NCBI GenBank assembly: GCA_025359045.1
Contig: JANYHN010000028.1
Location: forward strand, 8,473 to 72,472
Length of the DNA stretch: 64,000 bases
Origin: Hyphomicrobiales bacterium
GTDB taxonomy: Bacteria > Pseudomonadota > Alphaproteobacteria > Rhizobiales > Aestuariivirgaceae
Direction of reading: 5' to 3'
Below, in pieces: positions 38,638 through 48,401 of the stretch. The translations under genes and the position numbers were made by a program. The notes below the pieces were generated by a model. The model was not told the DNA's origin. It did not search any database and worked only from the letters and a program-made list of their open reading frames with translations. Numbering within the stretch: the stretch's first letter is position 1; every line of letters starts with the position of its first letter.

Positions 38638-39900
38638 ATGCACCACTTTGCCTTTAAAGATGGCGTGCTGCATGCCGAAGACGTAAATTTGCAGGCGCTT
38701 GCTGAAGAAGTAGGAACACCGTTTTATTGTTATTCAGCGGCCACTTTAGAGCGCCATTTCCGCGTGATGGACGGCGCGTTTAAAGATACCGACCATCTGC
38801 TCTGCTACGCCATGAAGGCCAATTCCAATCAAGCCGTCCTCAAAACCATGGCCGCTTTAGGGGCTGGCATGGATGTGGTGTCGGAAGGCGAACTCCGCCG
38901 CGCACTTGCTGTTGGTGTGCCCGCACGTAAAATCGTTTTTTCAGGTGTAGGCAAAACTGCAAAGGAAATGGCTTACGCTTTGCGCGAAGGTATTGCCTGT
39001 TTTAATGTCGAGTCCGAACCAGAATTAGAGCAGCTTTCAACGGTGGCCCAGCGTGTGGGGCAGCGGGCATCAGTTTCCATTCGGGTCAATCCTGATGTTG
39101 ACGCGAAAACCCACGCTAAAATTTCAACGGGCAAGGCCGACAATAAATTTGGAATTACGTATTTGCGTGCGTCGGAAGTTTATGCTCGTGCGGCGGCATT
39201 GCCTAATATTGATGTGACGGGCGTGGATATGCATATCGGCAGTCAGATCACTGAACTCGCGCCCTTCGAACAAGCGTTCAAACTGATGGGTGAATTGGTA
39301 GGGCGGTTAAAATCCGAAGGCCATAATATTCGCCACCTCGATTTAGGAGGAGGGCTGGGCGTACCTTACCGGGGTGACAATGATATTCCACCACATCCAG
39401 ATGAATACGCTGCGATGGTGAAACGCACGCTGGGTCATCTTGGTCTTAAATACATGATGGAACCTGGCCGCATGATCGTCGGCAATGCGGGGATCATGGT
39501 ATCTCGCGTGATATATGTGAAGGAAAATGAGGGGAAGACTTTTGTGGTGCAAGATGCCGCAATGAATGACCTCATTCGCCCCACACTTTATGACGCCTAT
39601 CATGAAATCTTGGCAGTCGAAGAAAGTCGCAACGAAACAACCCAAGAAGCCGATGTTGTTGGACCAGTTTGCGAAACAGGTGATTATTTCGCCAAATCGC
39701 GACGTCTGCCTAAATTGCAACAGGGCGATTTGATCGCTATTATGACGGCCGGTGCTTACGGTGCGGTGCAATCTGGAACTTACAACACAAGGCCTCTGAT
39801 CCCGGAAATATTAGTTAAAGATGATCAGTTTGCCATCGTCCGCCCGCGCCAAACTTACGAAGAATTGATTGGTTTAGACAAGCTTGCGCCTTGGCAATAA
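38638..39900 (+). CDS. lysA: Diaminopimelate decarboxylase
   Basis: YAMKANSN, HIGSQ, DLGGGLG, EPGR, GPVCETGD. Confidence 0.98.
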   Translation: MHHFAFKDGVLHAEDVNLQALAEEVGTPFYCYSAATLERHFRVMDGAFKDTDHLLCYAMKANSNQAVLKTMAALGAGMDVVSEGELRRALAVGVPARKIVFSGVGKTAKEMAYALREGIACFNVESEPELEQLSTVAQRVGQRASVSIRVNPDVDAKTHAKISTGKADNKFGITYLRASEVYARAAALPNIDVTGVDMHIGSQITELAPFEQAFKLMGELVGRLKSEGHNIRHLDLGGGLGVPYRGDNDIPPHPDEYAAMVKRTLGHLGLKYMMEPGRMIVGNAGIMVSRVIYVKENEGKTFVVQDAAMNDLIRPTLYDAYHEILAVEESRNETTQEADVVGPVCETGDYFAKSRRLPKLQQGDLIAIMTAGAYGAVQSGTYNTRPLIPEILVKDDQFAIVRPRQTYEELIGLDKLAPWQ

Positions 39901-39939
39901 TGCCATGATTTTGGTGGAATCGTGTTATAGTTACAGCTG

Positions 39940-42423
39940 ATGAATTCTGAATCGCCAAATCAACTTGAAAGAAAAATCACCCTGCAGCGCGCCGCCTTGC
40001 TGTGGGAACAGCTTTGGAACCGCATTCAAAAGCCTCTGATTGTGATTGGTTTGGCAATTATAGTTCTAGCTTCTGGCGCACTTGACTGGTTTCCAAAATG
40101 GCTTGACCTGATTGTTTTGGGTTTATTAGTTGCCTCGTTTTTATACAGTCTCAAAGACTTGATTCACGTAAAATCCGCCAGCCGCCGCGCCGCCATGCGC
40201 CGCATTGAGCAACACTCTATCATCAACCATCGCGACCTTTCAAGTCATGATGATGATCTCGTTTCCGAAAGTAAGGACGATACAGCCCAAGCATTGTGGG
40301 AAGAACACAAGCGCCGCCAATTACAGGCGTTAGAAAATGTAAAACTGTCGCCCCCAAAGTCAGCATGGCGTTTGTTTGATCCGACAGCCTTGCGGGTGCC
40401 TGTAGGCCTTGCAGCCCTCGCCGCATTTCTGCTGGGTTCAGGTGACCTCATTTCCAACACCCGTAATGCCCTGAATTTTACACCAACTATTGCAGCACTC
40501 CCACCAACGCTCGATGCTTGGCTCAAACCACCAGCCTACACGGGCAAACAACCAATCCTGCTGACCAGCGCCGCAATGCGTAATAAACTCAGTACTTCGC
40601 CTGAAATTCTGGTTCCGGAAAATTCAAGTTTAAGTATTCGTGCTGTTGGCTCCACCAAGCCAAGGCTTGTGTTTTATTCTCCGGGCACAACACCCTCCCC
40701 TGAAACTGAAATCAAATCTATCTCAGCACAAATCACCAACACTGAAAAAGGCTTCGCAGCCGAAATAAAACTTGATCGGCCAGTCACCGTAAAACTACTC
40801 GACGACACCAAAGAACTAGCGTCATGGCCAATTACTTTAATTCCCGACGAAGCGCCTAAGATCAGTTTTGTTGAGGAACCAAAAGCTGGCGACAACAGTG
40901 CGCTCAATGTGCATTGGAAGACATCTGACGATTATGGTGTTAAGTCCATTACGGCTGAAATCTCACTCGCAGATGACCAGGAAAATGGAACCGGCTTTGA
41001 TAGCAACGGGGTGTTTTTATATGAGGCCCCGACTTTCAAAGTCGGCATGCAAAAGGCAAATGCTAAGTCGGAAGAAACCACATCAAAGCAGGATTTAAGT
41101 TCTCATCCTTGGGCGGGACTTTACGTAACCATGGAGTTGACCGCAAAAGACAGCGCAGGTCACACATCGACAGCATCGTCAAAACGCTTCAAATTGCCAG
41201 AGCGCAGCTTTTTCCGTTTCCTCGCAAAGGCCTTAGTTGAGCAACGTAAGAAGCTGATTATGGTGCCTGATGATGCGCCAGATATCGCCACCATGCTTGA
41301 TGCTATGTCGGCCTATCCCTATTCAATCCGCGATCAAAGCAAACTGATCTTGCAATTAGCTGTGATCAAATCAGCCTTGGCTCATGCCAGCGAAACCGAA
41401 GATGTAAAAACCGCCGTCACGAATCTCTGGCCGCTTGCGCTGGCCATCGAAGATGGAGAACTTTCAGACATTCGGGCACAGCTGCGTGAACTGAAACAAC
41501 AACTTGAACAAGCCCTGAAAGAAGGTGCACCACCTGAACGCATTGCCGAACTCATGGATAAGATGCGCAAAGGCATGGATAAGCTGATGGATCAGATGCG
41601 CAAAGAGGCCGAAAAACGCCTCGCTGATGGTAGCATGAAAAAAGACCCGAACGGCAAATCCATTAACCGCGACGACTTACAAAAAATGCTGGACGACATT
41701 GACAAGCTAAATAAAAGTGGGTCGAAAGACGCGGCCCAAGATATGCTTTCGCAGCTCGACCAATTGCTGCAAAACTTGCAGCCGGGGCTTTCAGATCAAG
41801 CAGGCAAAGAGGGTGACCCTGGCCTTCAACAAAAGCTTGATGAGCTTTCTGAAATGATGCGCAAGCAACAAAAATTAATGGATCAAACCCAAAAGCTTCC
41901 ACAGAAAGGTGAAGGTGATGAACCTGCCGATAAGCCTGACGAAGGCTCAGGCGGCCTGGCCGATCGACAAGGCAATCTTTCAGACATGCTTGACCGCCTT
42001 AACCGCCAGCTTGGTCCTGACAGCCAAGGTGCATTAGGCGATGCCAGCAAAAGCATGAAGGGTGCCAAGGGCGCTTTGAAAGACGGATCAAAAGATGACG
42101 CGCTGCGCCAACAAGGCGATGCCATGCAACAAATGCGCGAGGGCGCTCAAAAACTTGGCAAGAAACTGGCTGAACAAGGCAAAGGTAAAACGGGCCAGCA
42201 AGGTAAAGACGGTGAATCCGCCGGCGACAACAACGATCCACTTGGCCGCCCCCGCGCCACACGTAATCCTGACAATGGCCCTAATAAAAATATGGTGCCA
42301 TCGGAACTCTCGATGCGCCGCGCCCGTGAGATTTTGGAAACCCTGCGCCAGAAATATGATGATCCAAATTTAGGATCTGGCGAGAAGGCGTATATCGACC
42401 GGCTGTTACGCGGACTCTATTAA
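39940..42423 (+). CDS. DUF4175/TIGR02302 family membrane protein
   Basis: N-terminal TMs, LDAWLKPPAYTG, DDYGV, DPLGR, RRAREIL; downstream of lysA. Confidence 0.85.
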   Translation: MNSESPNQLERKITLQRAALLWEQLWNRIQKPLIVIGLAIIVLASGALDWFPKWLDLIVLGLLVASFLYSLKDLIHVKSASRRAAMRRIEQHSIINHRDLSSHDDDLVSESKDDTAQALWEEHKRRQLQALENVKLSPPKSAWRLFDPTALRVPVGLAALAAFLLGSGDLISNTRNALNFTPTIAALPPTLDAWLKPPAYTGKQPILLTSAAMRNKLSTSPEILVPENSSLSIRAVGSTKPRLVFYSPGTTPSPETEIKSISAQITNTEKGFAAEIKLDRPVTVKLLDDTKELASWPITLIPDEAPKISFVEEPKAGDNSALNVHWKTSDDYGVKSITAEISLADDQENGTGFDSNGVFLYEAPTFKVGMQKANAKSEETTSKQDLSSHPWAGLYVTMELTAKDSAGHTSTASSKRFKLPERSFFRFLAKALVEQRKKLIMVPDDAPDIATMLDAMSAYPYSIRDQSKLILQLAVIKSALAHASETEDVKTAVTNLWPLALAIEDGELSDIRAQLRELKQQLEQALKEGAPPERIAELMDKMRKGMDKLMDQMRKEAEKRLADGSMKKDPNGKSINRDDLQKMLDDIDKLNKSGSKDAAQDMLSQLDQLLQNLQPGLSDQAGKEGDPGLQQKLDELSEMMRKQQKLMDQTQKLPQKGEGDEPADKPDEGSGGLADRQGNLSDMLDRLNRQLGPDSQGALGDASKSMKGAKGALKDGSKDDALRQQGDAMQQMREGAQKLGKKLAEQGKGKTGQQGKDGESAGDNNDPLGRPRATRNPDNGPNKNMVPSELSMRRAREILETLRQKYDDPNLGSGEKAYIDRLLRGLY

Positions 42424-42424
42424 C

Positions 42425-42970
42425 TTACATCACGATATGGCCCACAAAGGGCAGCTCACGAAACTGATGCGCCATGTCCATGCCGTAACCGACAACAAAT
42501 TTATCGGGGCAATCAAAACCGCAAAAATCGGCCTTAATGCTGGCTGCTAAGTGGCCGGGCTTGAAGAGCAATACTGCGGACTTAACCGATTTTGCATCAC
42601 GTGCCGAAAGCAAGTCCTTGGCATAGGCAAGCGTACGGCCTGATTCCAAAATATCATCAACCAGCAACACATCGCGATCTTCAACAATCGATTCAATATC
42701 ACGCAACACATCAACTTGCCCCGATGATGTTTGCGCGGCGCGGTAACTTGCCAAAATCATGAAATCAACTTCAGGCGATAATCCCGCATGATGCATGGCT
42801 CGAATAAGATCCGCGGCAAAAATAAAACTGCCTTTCAATACGGGCACGACCAAAAGCCGGTGTGGCTTTATCGCTGCGATTTCATGTGCCAAAACCCCGA
42901 TGCGTTCGGCAATCTGGGCTTCGGAAAAAAGGACATCGATACGGTGCCCGTCAATGGTGATGCTGCTCAT
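42425..42970 (-). CDS. hpt: Hypoxanthine phosphoribosyltransferase
   Basis: LKGSFIF.ADL, VLLVDDILESGRTL, FVVGYGMD. Confidence 0.95.
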   Translation of the reverse strand: MSSITIDGHRIDVLFSEAQIAERIGVLAHEIAAIKPHRLLVVPVLKGSFIFAADLIRAMHHAGLSPEVDFMILASYRAAQTSSGQVDVLRDIESIVEDRDVLLVDDILESGRTLAYAKDLLSARDAKSVKSAVLLFKPGHLAASIKADFCGFDCPDKFVVGYGMDMAHQFRELPFVGHIVM

Positions 42971-43677
42971 GGGTTGGCTTTTGAGCTTATTTCATCCAAA
43001 TGTGCAAAGCGAATCTTCAAGTTCTTCGCAAGTTCCGGCGGAGAAGCCACCCGGGTCGTAAAAGTTGTGGTTTCACCGGGTCGCAATGGTCGTGCCGAGG
43101 TGTCTAAAGTCCAAGCATAAAGCTCTTGAGCCCCATCGCTATGCAAGGCAAAGCGCATTGATGGAATTTTGCGCACGGAATCGGTTGAGTTGCTGATTTC
43201 GCCCTTTATCATCAAAACATGGGCACCATCTACGATGGTGTTTTGTTGCTCAACATGCCTGATATCCAAACCATAGACATTCACATTATAACCCAACTTC
43301 TCATATACCTTGATGGTGGCCGGAGCGGCCATCACAATGGTTTCGGGCATCAGCGCCGCTGAAATGAATGGTGTCAGAATAAGTAGACCCAAAGACGCCC
43401 ATCCCCCCGCACGCTTAAACCGTTTGGTTCGCTTTAGAGCAAATTCCTCTTGGGCGTTCTTTGCCGCCTCAACCAATCGCTGCACATCAAATTCAGGCTC
43501 TTCGCGGTAGTCAAACACCCGGGCCACGGAACGGCTTGGCACTTCAACGACATCGACAACTGCATGTTCTTTCCAGCTATGCCCACATGAACGGCAAGAT
43601 ACGATAAAGGACGAGCTTCCTTGAACATGGTCGGCAATATCATATCGGGTGGCACAGGACGGGCAGCGGACGATCAT
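42967..43677 (-). CDS. Zinc-ribbon (MJ0042-type)/DUF3426 membrane protein
   Basis: CPSC...CRSCGHSW zinc finger, one TM, C-terminal periplasmic domain; divergent from ftsE. Confidence 0.85.
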   Translation of the reverse strand: MIVRCPSCATRYDIADHVQGSSSFIVSCRSCGHSWKEHAVVDVVEVPSRSVARVFDYREEPEFDVQRLVEAAKNAQEEFALKRTKRFKRAGGWASLGLLILTPFISAALMPETIVMAAPATIKVYEKLGYNVNVYGLDIRHVEQQNTIVDGAHVLMIKGEISNSTDSVRKIPSMRFALHSDGAQELYAWTLDTSARPLRPGETTTFTTRVASPPELAKNLKIRFAHLDEISSKANP

Positions 43678-43728
43678 AGACTCTCCAAAACGCCTAGAAG
43701 TTCTGGTAGAGGCTAACTACAAACGTGG

Positions 43729-43743
43729 TTAATGCGCGGTTAA
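43729..43743. promoter_or_regulatory. CtrA box
   Basis: Perfect TTAA-N7-TTAA in the ftsE / zinc-ribbon gene divergent gap. Confidence 0.7.
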
Positions 43744-43784
43744 GACCCTTGCATCTAACAGACGTTAGAAGTGGAGAGAATTGA

Positions 43785-44447
43785 TTGATTGAGTTGCAGA
43801 GGGTCGGTTTACGCTATGGCGACGGGCCTGAGATCTTGAAGGACGTTAACTTCAAGATGGAACAAGGCGATATGCGCTTTTTGACCGGTCCTTCGGGTGC
43901 TGGCAAATCATCGTTGCTGCGCCTTCTCTTCATGGCACTGAAACCGAGCAACGGTCTGGTTTCTATTTTCAATCAAGATACGTCCAAACTGCGCAGTTCC
44001 GATTTGCCCCTTTTGCGTCGCCGTATTGGCGTGGTGTTTCAGGACTTCAGGTTGCTCAATCATTTAACCACATTTGAAAACGTGGCATTGCCCTTGCGCG
44101 TGATTGGCCAGAAGCCTGATGACTATCACCGCGATGTCATGGATTTACTGGATTGGGTGGGATTGAGAGATCAAGCCAACGCGCGACCTGAAATTTTATC
44201 GGGTGGTGAAAAGCAGCGCGCAGCCATTGCCAGAGCTGTTGTATCAAAACCTGAAATTCTATTGGCTGATGAACCGACCGGAAACGTCGATCCAGTTTTG
44301 GCAAAACGTCTTTTGCATTTGTTTTTGGAATTAAACCGTCTTGGCACAACAGTATTTCTGGCCACCCATGATTTGAGTTTGATTAAGCAAGCCAAGGGCC
44401 AAGTGCTGCGTCTGGAACACGGCACATTAAAGGATGAGACGCTGTGA
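43785..44447 (+). CDS. ftsE: Cell division ATP-binding protein FtsE
   Basis: GPSGAGKS, IGVVFQDFRLL, LSGGEKQR, ADEPTGNVD. Confidence 0.95.
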   Translation: MIELQRVGLRYGDGPEILKDVNFKMEQGDMRFLTGPSGAGKSSLLRLLFMALKPSNGLVSIFNQDTSKLRSSDLPLLRRRIGVVFQDFRLLNHLTTFENVALPLRVIGQKPDDYHRDVMDLLDWVGLRDQANARPEILSGGEKQRAAIARAVVSKPEILLADEPTGNVDPVLAKRLLHLFLELNRLGTTVFLATHDLSLIKQAKGQVLRLEHGTLKDETL

Positions 44448-45355
44448 TAGAAGAGATCAGCGCCAAGCCATCAGCGATTATACCCAAGGGTGTGGCATCG
44501 CTGCGCACCATGACCGTGACAATGACTGTAATGTGCTATCTGGCATGTCTGGCAATCGGTGCATTGATCTTAATCAACCGTGCGGTTGAGGATTGGACAC
44601 ATGGCATTTCGCGCGAAGTGACGGTTCAGCTTCGCCAGATCAGCAATGTCGATACTGAAGCAGAACTTCAAAAAGCCACCGTACTTTTACAAGGTGCTGC
44701 GGGCGTGACTTCGGTTGACGCCCTAGACCGCAAAGCGAGTTTGAAACTGTTAGAACCATGGTTAGGCAGCACTAATCTCGATGAACTCCCCGTGCCGCGT
44801 TTAATCCGAGTAACAATTGATGAAGCAAATCCGCCGGATTTTGAGGCGCTCGAAAAAAATCTTGTGGCCAATATCAGAGGCGCAAGCCTCGATACACACA
44901 GGCGCTGGGAAACAGAACTCGCCCGTACGGCTCATAGCCTGACACTTTTATCATGGTGTATATTAGTACTGATCTGCGGATCAGCCATTGCCATGGTAAT
45001 CTTTGCGGCACGTGCCGCCCTTGATGCCAACCGTGAAGTGGTAGCCGTGTTGCGCTTGGTGGGGGCCAAAAACAGTTTCATCGCGCGCCAGATTTCACAG
45101 CGCTTTTTGATCACAGGCTTGTTTGCGGGCTGCGCTGGAATTATTTTGGCTGGCATAACCTTTATAGGACTGGGTTCAACTGGACAAGCAGCTGGGAATG
45201 GCGTTGCGGCGGCAAGCTTTACGCTTCTGTTTGCACCACATAGTGATCTCTTATCGACACTGGTGATCGTTCTTGCCGTGCCACTGATTGCAACGCTCAT
45301 CGCACTCGTCACAGCCAACATGACATTGAACCATATGTTGAGAATAGCGCCATGA
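44444..45355 (+). CDS. ftsX: Cell division permease FtsX
   Basis: One plus three TM architecture, ELPVPRLI, VLRLVGA; follows ftsE. Confidence 0.9.
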   Translation: MIEEISAKPSAIIPKGVASLRTMTVTMTVMCYLACLAIGALILINRAVEDWTHGISREVTVQLRQISNVDTEAELQKATVLLQGAAGVTSVDALDRKASLKLLEPWLGSTNLDELPVPRLIRVTIDEANPPDFEALEKNLVANIRGASLDTHRRWETELARTAHSLTLLSWCILVLICGSAIAMVIFAARAALDANREVVAVLRLVGAKNSFIARQISQRFLITGLFAGCAGIILAGITFIGLGSTGQAAGNGVAAASFTLLFAPHSDLLSTLVIVLAVPLIATLIALVTANMTLNHMLRIAP

Positions 45356-46083
45356 TTGTTTTGCGCTCCATCATTTTCAATATTATTTTTTATCTGAACC
45401 TGACGCTGTTTTTAACTGTGGGCTCATGGCTTTTTTTATGCCCGCGCATTTGGGCTATTCGTGCTCTACAAATTTGGGCGAGATCATCACTCTGGTTGTT
45501 GAAATTCATTTGCAACATTGAGACGGAAGTGCGCGGGCGTGAAAATATTTTGGCAGGGCCATGTTTAGTGGCAGGCAAGCACCAATCATTTTGGGAAACT
45601 TTTGCCGTGCTGCCACTATTTGATGATCCATGCATGGTGCTGAAACGCGAACTCACTTTAATTCCACTCTTCGGTTGGTTTTGTTTGAAATTCAAAATGA
45701 TTGCCGTGGAACGCAGCGCTGGAAGTATGGCTTTGCGTAAACTCGTTGCGCGCGGCAAAGAAGAGATTGTCCGTGGTCGCGCTATCATCATTATGCCTGA
45801 GGGCACAAGACGTGGTCCTGAAGATCCGCCGGACTATAAGCCGGGTGCCGCAGCACTTTATACTGCGCTTGATGTGCCTTGCGTGCCTTTTGGTTTGAAC
45901 TCCGGCCTGTTTTGGCCGAGGCGTAAGTTTTTACGAAGCCCCGGAACGATTATTGTGGAGTTTCTACCTGCCATCCCCGCTGGCCTGCCGCGCAAGGAAT
46001 TTCAGAAACGTTTGGAAACAGCGATTGAAACCAGCTCGACGCAACTTATAACGGAAGCACGGGCCACATCAGTACAAAAATAG
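45352..46083 (+). CDS. plsC: 1-acyl-sn-glycerol-3-phosphate acyltransferase
   Basis: KHQSFWET, PEGTR motifs. Confidence 0.88.
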   Translation: MIVLRSIIFNIIFYLNLTLFLTVGSWLFLCPRIWAIRALQIWARSSLWLLKFICNIETEVRGRENILAGPCLVAGKHQSFWETFAVLPLFDDPCMVLKRELTLIPLFGWFCLKFKMIAVERSAGSMALRKLVARGKEEIVRGRAIIIMPEGTRRGPEDPPDYKPGAAALYTALDVPCVPFGLNSGLFWPRRKFLRSPGTIIVEFLPAIPAGLPRKEFQKRLETAIETSSTQLITEARATSVQK

Positions 46084-46092
46084 AACGATATC

Positions 46093-46122
46093 TGGACTCT
46101 CATCTCCGTTCGTGTTATGTTT
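46093..46122 (+). promoter_or_regulatory. nrdJ promoter overlapped by a degenerate LexA box
   Basis: TGGACT-N17-TATGTT; GTTC-N7-GTTT at 46108-46122 and GAAC-N7-GGAC at 46083-46097. Confidence 0.45.
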
Positions 46123-46149
46123 CTTATCTCGTTTGTATCGGTTTCCAAC

Positions 46150-47946
46150 ATGAATGCGATTTTTCCATCTTTGAAAGGCCAGTTGCCTGCCATTTCCCGG
46201 CAAATTTGGGAGATGAAATATCGCTTGGGCGTTGCTGAGGTTTCTTTAGAATCAAGCTTTCATCGTGTGGCAAATGCTGTGGCTGCCGCTGAAAAACCTG
46301 AACTCCGCGAAACCTATGCATACCAGTTTTTTCAATTAATGGCCGATCTGCGCTTTCTCCCCGCAGGCCGGATTTTGGCTGGTGCTGGCACAGGCCGGGC
46401 CGTGACACTTTTCAACTGCTTCGTGATGGATGGAATTGCCGACTCGATCCCCGGCATTTTCAATGGCCTCAATGAAGCTGCCCAAACCTTGCAACAAGGC
46501 GGCGGCATTGGTCATGATTTTTCAACGCTCAGACCCAAGGGTGCGTTGGTGCATGGGGTCGGCGCTGATGCCTCGGGGCCTTTGAGCTTTATGGATGTGT
46601 GGGATGCGATGTGCCGCACTATTATGTCCGCAGGGGCCAGACGCGGTGCCATGATGGGCACATTGCGCTGCGATCATCCTGATATTGAAGCCTTCGTGGA
46701 AGCCAAACGCGACAAAAGCAAATTGCGCAATTTCAATCTTTCAGTATTGGTGACGGATGCGTTTATGGCGGCGGTAAAAGGCGATGCCGACTGGCCGTTG
46801 ATTTTTGATGGCGCGGTTTTCAAAACGGTTTCAGCGCGCGGCCTGTGGCAGAAAATCATGAAGGCCACTTATGACTGCGCCGAACCTGGTGTAATTTTTA
46901 TTGACCGCATCAACGCCAAAAATCCATTGGCTTATTGCGAGACTATTTCTTGCACCAACCCCTGTGGTGAACAACCTTTGCCTGCCTATGGCGCATGTTT
47001 GTTAGGCTCTCTCAATTTGACGAGGTTCGTGAACGCGCCATTTGACGATAATGCCTCGATCAATTTCGAAGCTCTGCACAACGCAACGCTGCTGGCAATT
47101 CGCTTTCTCGATAATGTGATTGATGTTTCAAACTATCCTTTGCCACAACAGAAACGGGAGGCCTTAAACAAGCGGCGCTTGGGGTTAGGCGTAACTGGTT
47201 TGGCCGATGCAATTTTGATGTGCGGGTTGCGTTATGGTTCAAATGAGTCTGCTGAACTTGCTGCTTTATGCATGAAGACAATTCGTAATGCGGCTCTAGA
47301 GTCGAGCACAGCACTGGCCAAAGAAAAGGGAAGCTTTCCTCTATTCAATGTGGATGATTATTTGGCGACCGAATATGCGCTCAGTTTGAGCACTTACCAA
47401 CGTGACGCGATCAAAACCAATGGATTGCGCAATGGCTTGTTGACCTCGATTGCGCCAACTGGAACAATTTCGCTCTTGGCCGGAAATGTCTCGAGCGGCA
47501 TCGAGCCGATTTTTAACGCTGGCTATGAACGCAACATCACAAATCCCGATGGTAGCCACCGCACGGAGCTGTTGGAAGATTTTGCCGTGGCTTTGTGGCG
47601 CTCACAGTATGAAGGCTTGCCACCTGCTTTTGTAACCGTCGATGATTTAAAACCAGTGGATCATTTGAACATGGCCTCAGCTGTTCAGCCTTTTGTCGAC
47701 AGCTCGATTTCCAAAACCGTTAATGTGCCGGAGATGATTGACTTTCAAAGTTTCACTTCGGTTTATGAAGAGGCTTATGCGTTAGGTTTGAAGGGCTGCA
47801 CCACTTTCAGGCCCAATGAAATTACCGGATCAATTCTGAAATCAAGCCCGCAGAAAGAGCTGTGCCCTTCATGTGGAAGCGATAATTTAGCAGCCAAAGA
47901 AGGCTGCAAATCCTGTACCAATTGCGGATTTGCATTATGCGGCTGA
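46150..47946 (+). CDS. nrdJ: Class II (adenosylcobalamin-dependent) ribonucleotide reductase, compact form
   Basis: FNC, TNPCGEQ, ACLLGS, SIAPTGTIS, GLKGCTTFR; no ATP cone; C-terminal CxxC...CxxCxxC...C; start set to the ATG at 46150. Confidence 0.92.
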   Translation: MNAIFPSLKGQLPAISRQIWEMKYRLGVAEVSLESSFHRVANAVAAAEKPELRETYAYQFFQLMADLRFLPAGRILAGAGTGRAVTLFNCFVMDGIADSIPGIFNGLNEAAQTLQQGGGIGHDFSTLRPKGALVHGVGADASGPLSFMDVWDAMCRTIMSAGARRGAMMGTLRCDHPDIEAFVEAKRDKSKLRNFNLSVLVTDAFMAAVKGDADWPLIFDGAVFKTVSARGLWQKIMKATYDCAEPGVIFIDRINAKNPLAYCETISCTNPCGEQPLPAYGACLLGSLNLTRFVNAPFDDNASINFEALHNATLLAIRFLDNVIDVSNYPLPQQKREALNKRRLGLGVTGLADAILMCGLRYGSNESAELAALCMKTIRNAALESSTALAKEKGSFPLFNVDDYLATEYALSLSTYQRDAIKTNGLRNGLLTSIAPTGTISLLAGNVSSGIEPIFNAGYERNITNPDGSHRTELLEDFAVALWRSQYEGLPPAFVTVDDLKPVDHLNMASAVQPFVDSSISKTVNVPEMIDFQSFTSVYEEAYALGLKGCTTFRPNEITGSILKSSPQKELCPSCGSDNLAAKEGCKSCTNCGFALCG

Positions 47947-47954
47947 AATAGGGC

Positions 47955-47988
47955 TTGACTTAATTTCAGTTTTGTTCCATATTTGTTC
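47955..47988 (+). promoter_or_regulatory. sigma70 promoter with a perfect alphaproteobacterial LexA (SOS) box
   Basis: TTGACT-N17-CATATT (47955-83); GTTC-N7-GTTC at 47974-47988 straddles the -10. Confidence 0.85.
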
Positions 47989-47990
47989 TC

Positions 47991-48401
47991 ATGCAAATAC
48001 ATGGCACCCCGATCACCCTCACCTCCCCGCAAGACGCTGATATGGCCGACCGTTTCTGGTATTGGCAAGGCACATCGGGGCGAAAATACATCCACTCCGT
48101 TTATGACCTGGATTGTTGCCCGCCTCTTCCGGGTGCGGTTTATGTGGGCGTTAAACGCGCAGGCCACTTGCGCATCGCCGTCACGGTGGGGCGCTTTGCA
48201 CCTTTCTGGGATAAGACTTTACCGGAAAAAGATTCGGCCCGTTTGCAGCGCTTAGGCGTTGATGAAGTTCATGTGCATCTTTTAGCGCGTGGCTCTGATG
48301 CAGCAGATTGCATTATGAAAGATTTGAGTTCGGCTTTGGGTGAAACTCGTGTACCGCAAGAATTAAACGAAAGCGCTTCCTCATGGGTTCACGCTGCCTG
48401 A
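47991..48401 (+). CDS. Hypothetical protein, possibly a degenerate GIY-YIG-like fold; SOS-regulated
   Basis: 136-aa ORF with W.G.SGRKY...PGAVYV...VTVG...EVHVH; starts just after the promoter and LexA box. Confidence 0.75.
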   Translation: MQIHGTPITLTSPQDADMADRFWYWQGTSGRKYIHSVYDLDCCPPLPGAVYVGVKRAGHLRIAVTVGRFAPFWDKTLPEKDSARLQRLGVDEVHVHLLARGSDAADCIMKDLSSALGETRVPQELNESASSWVHAA

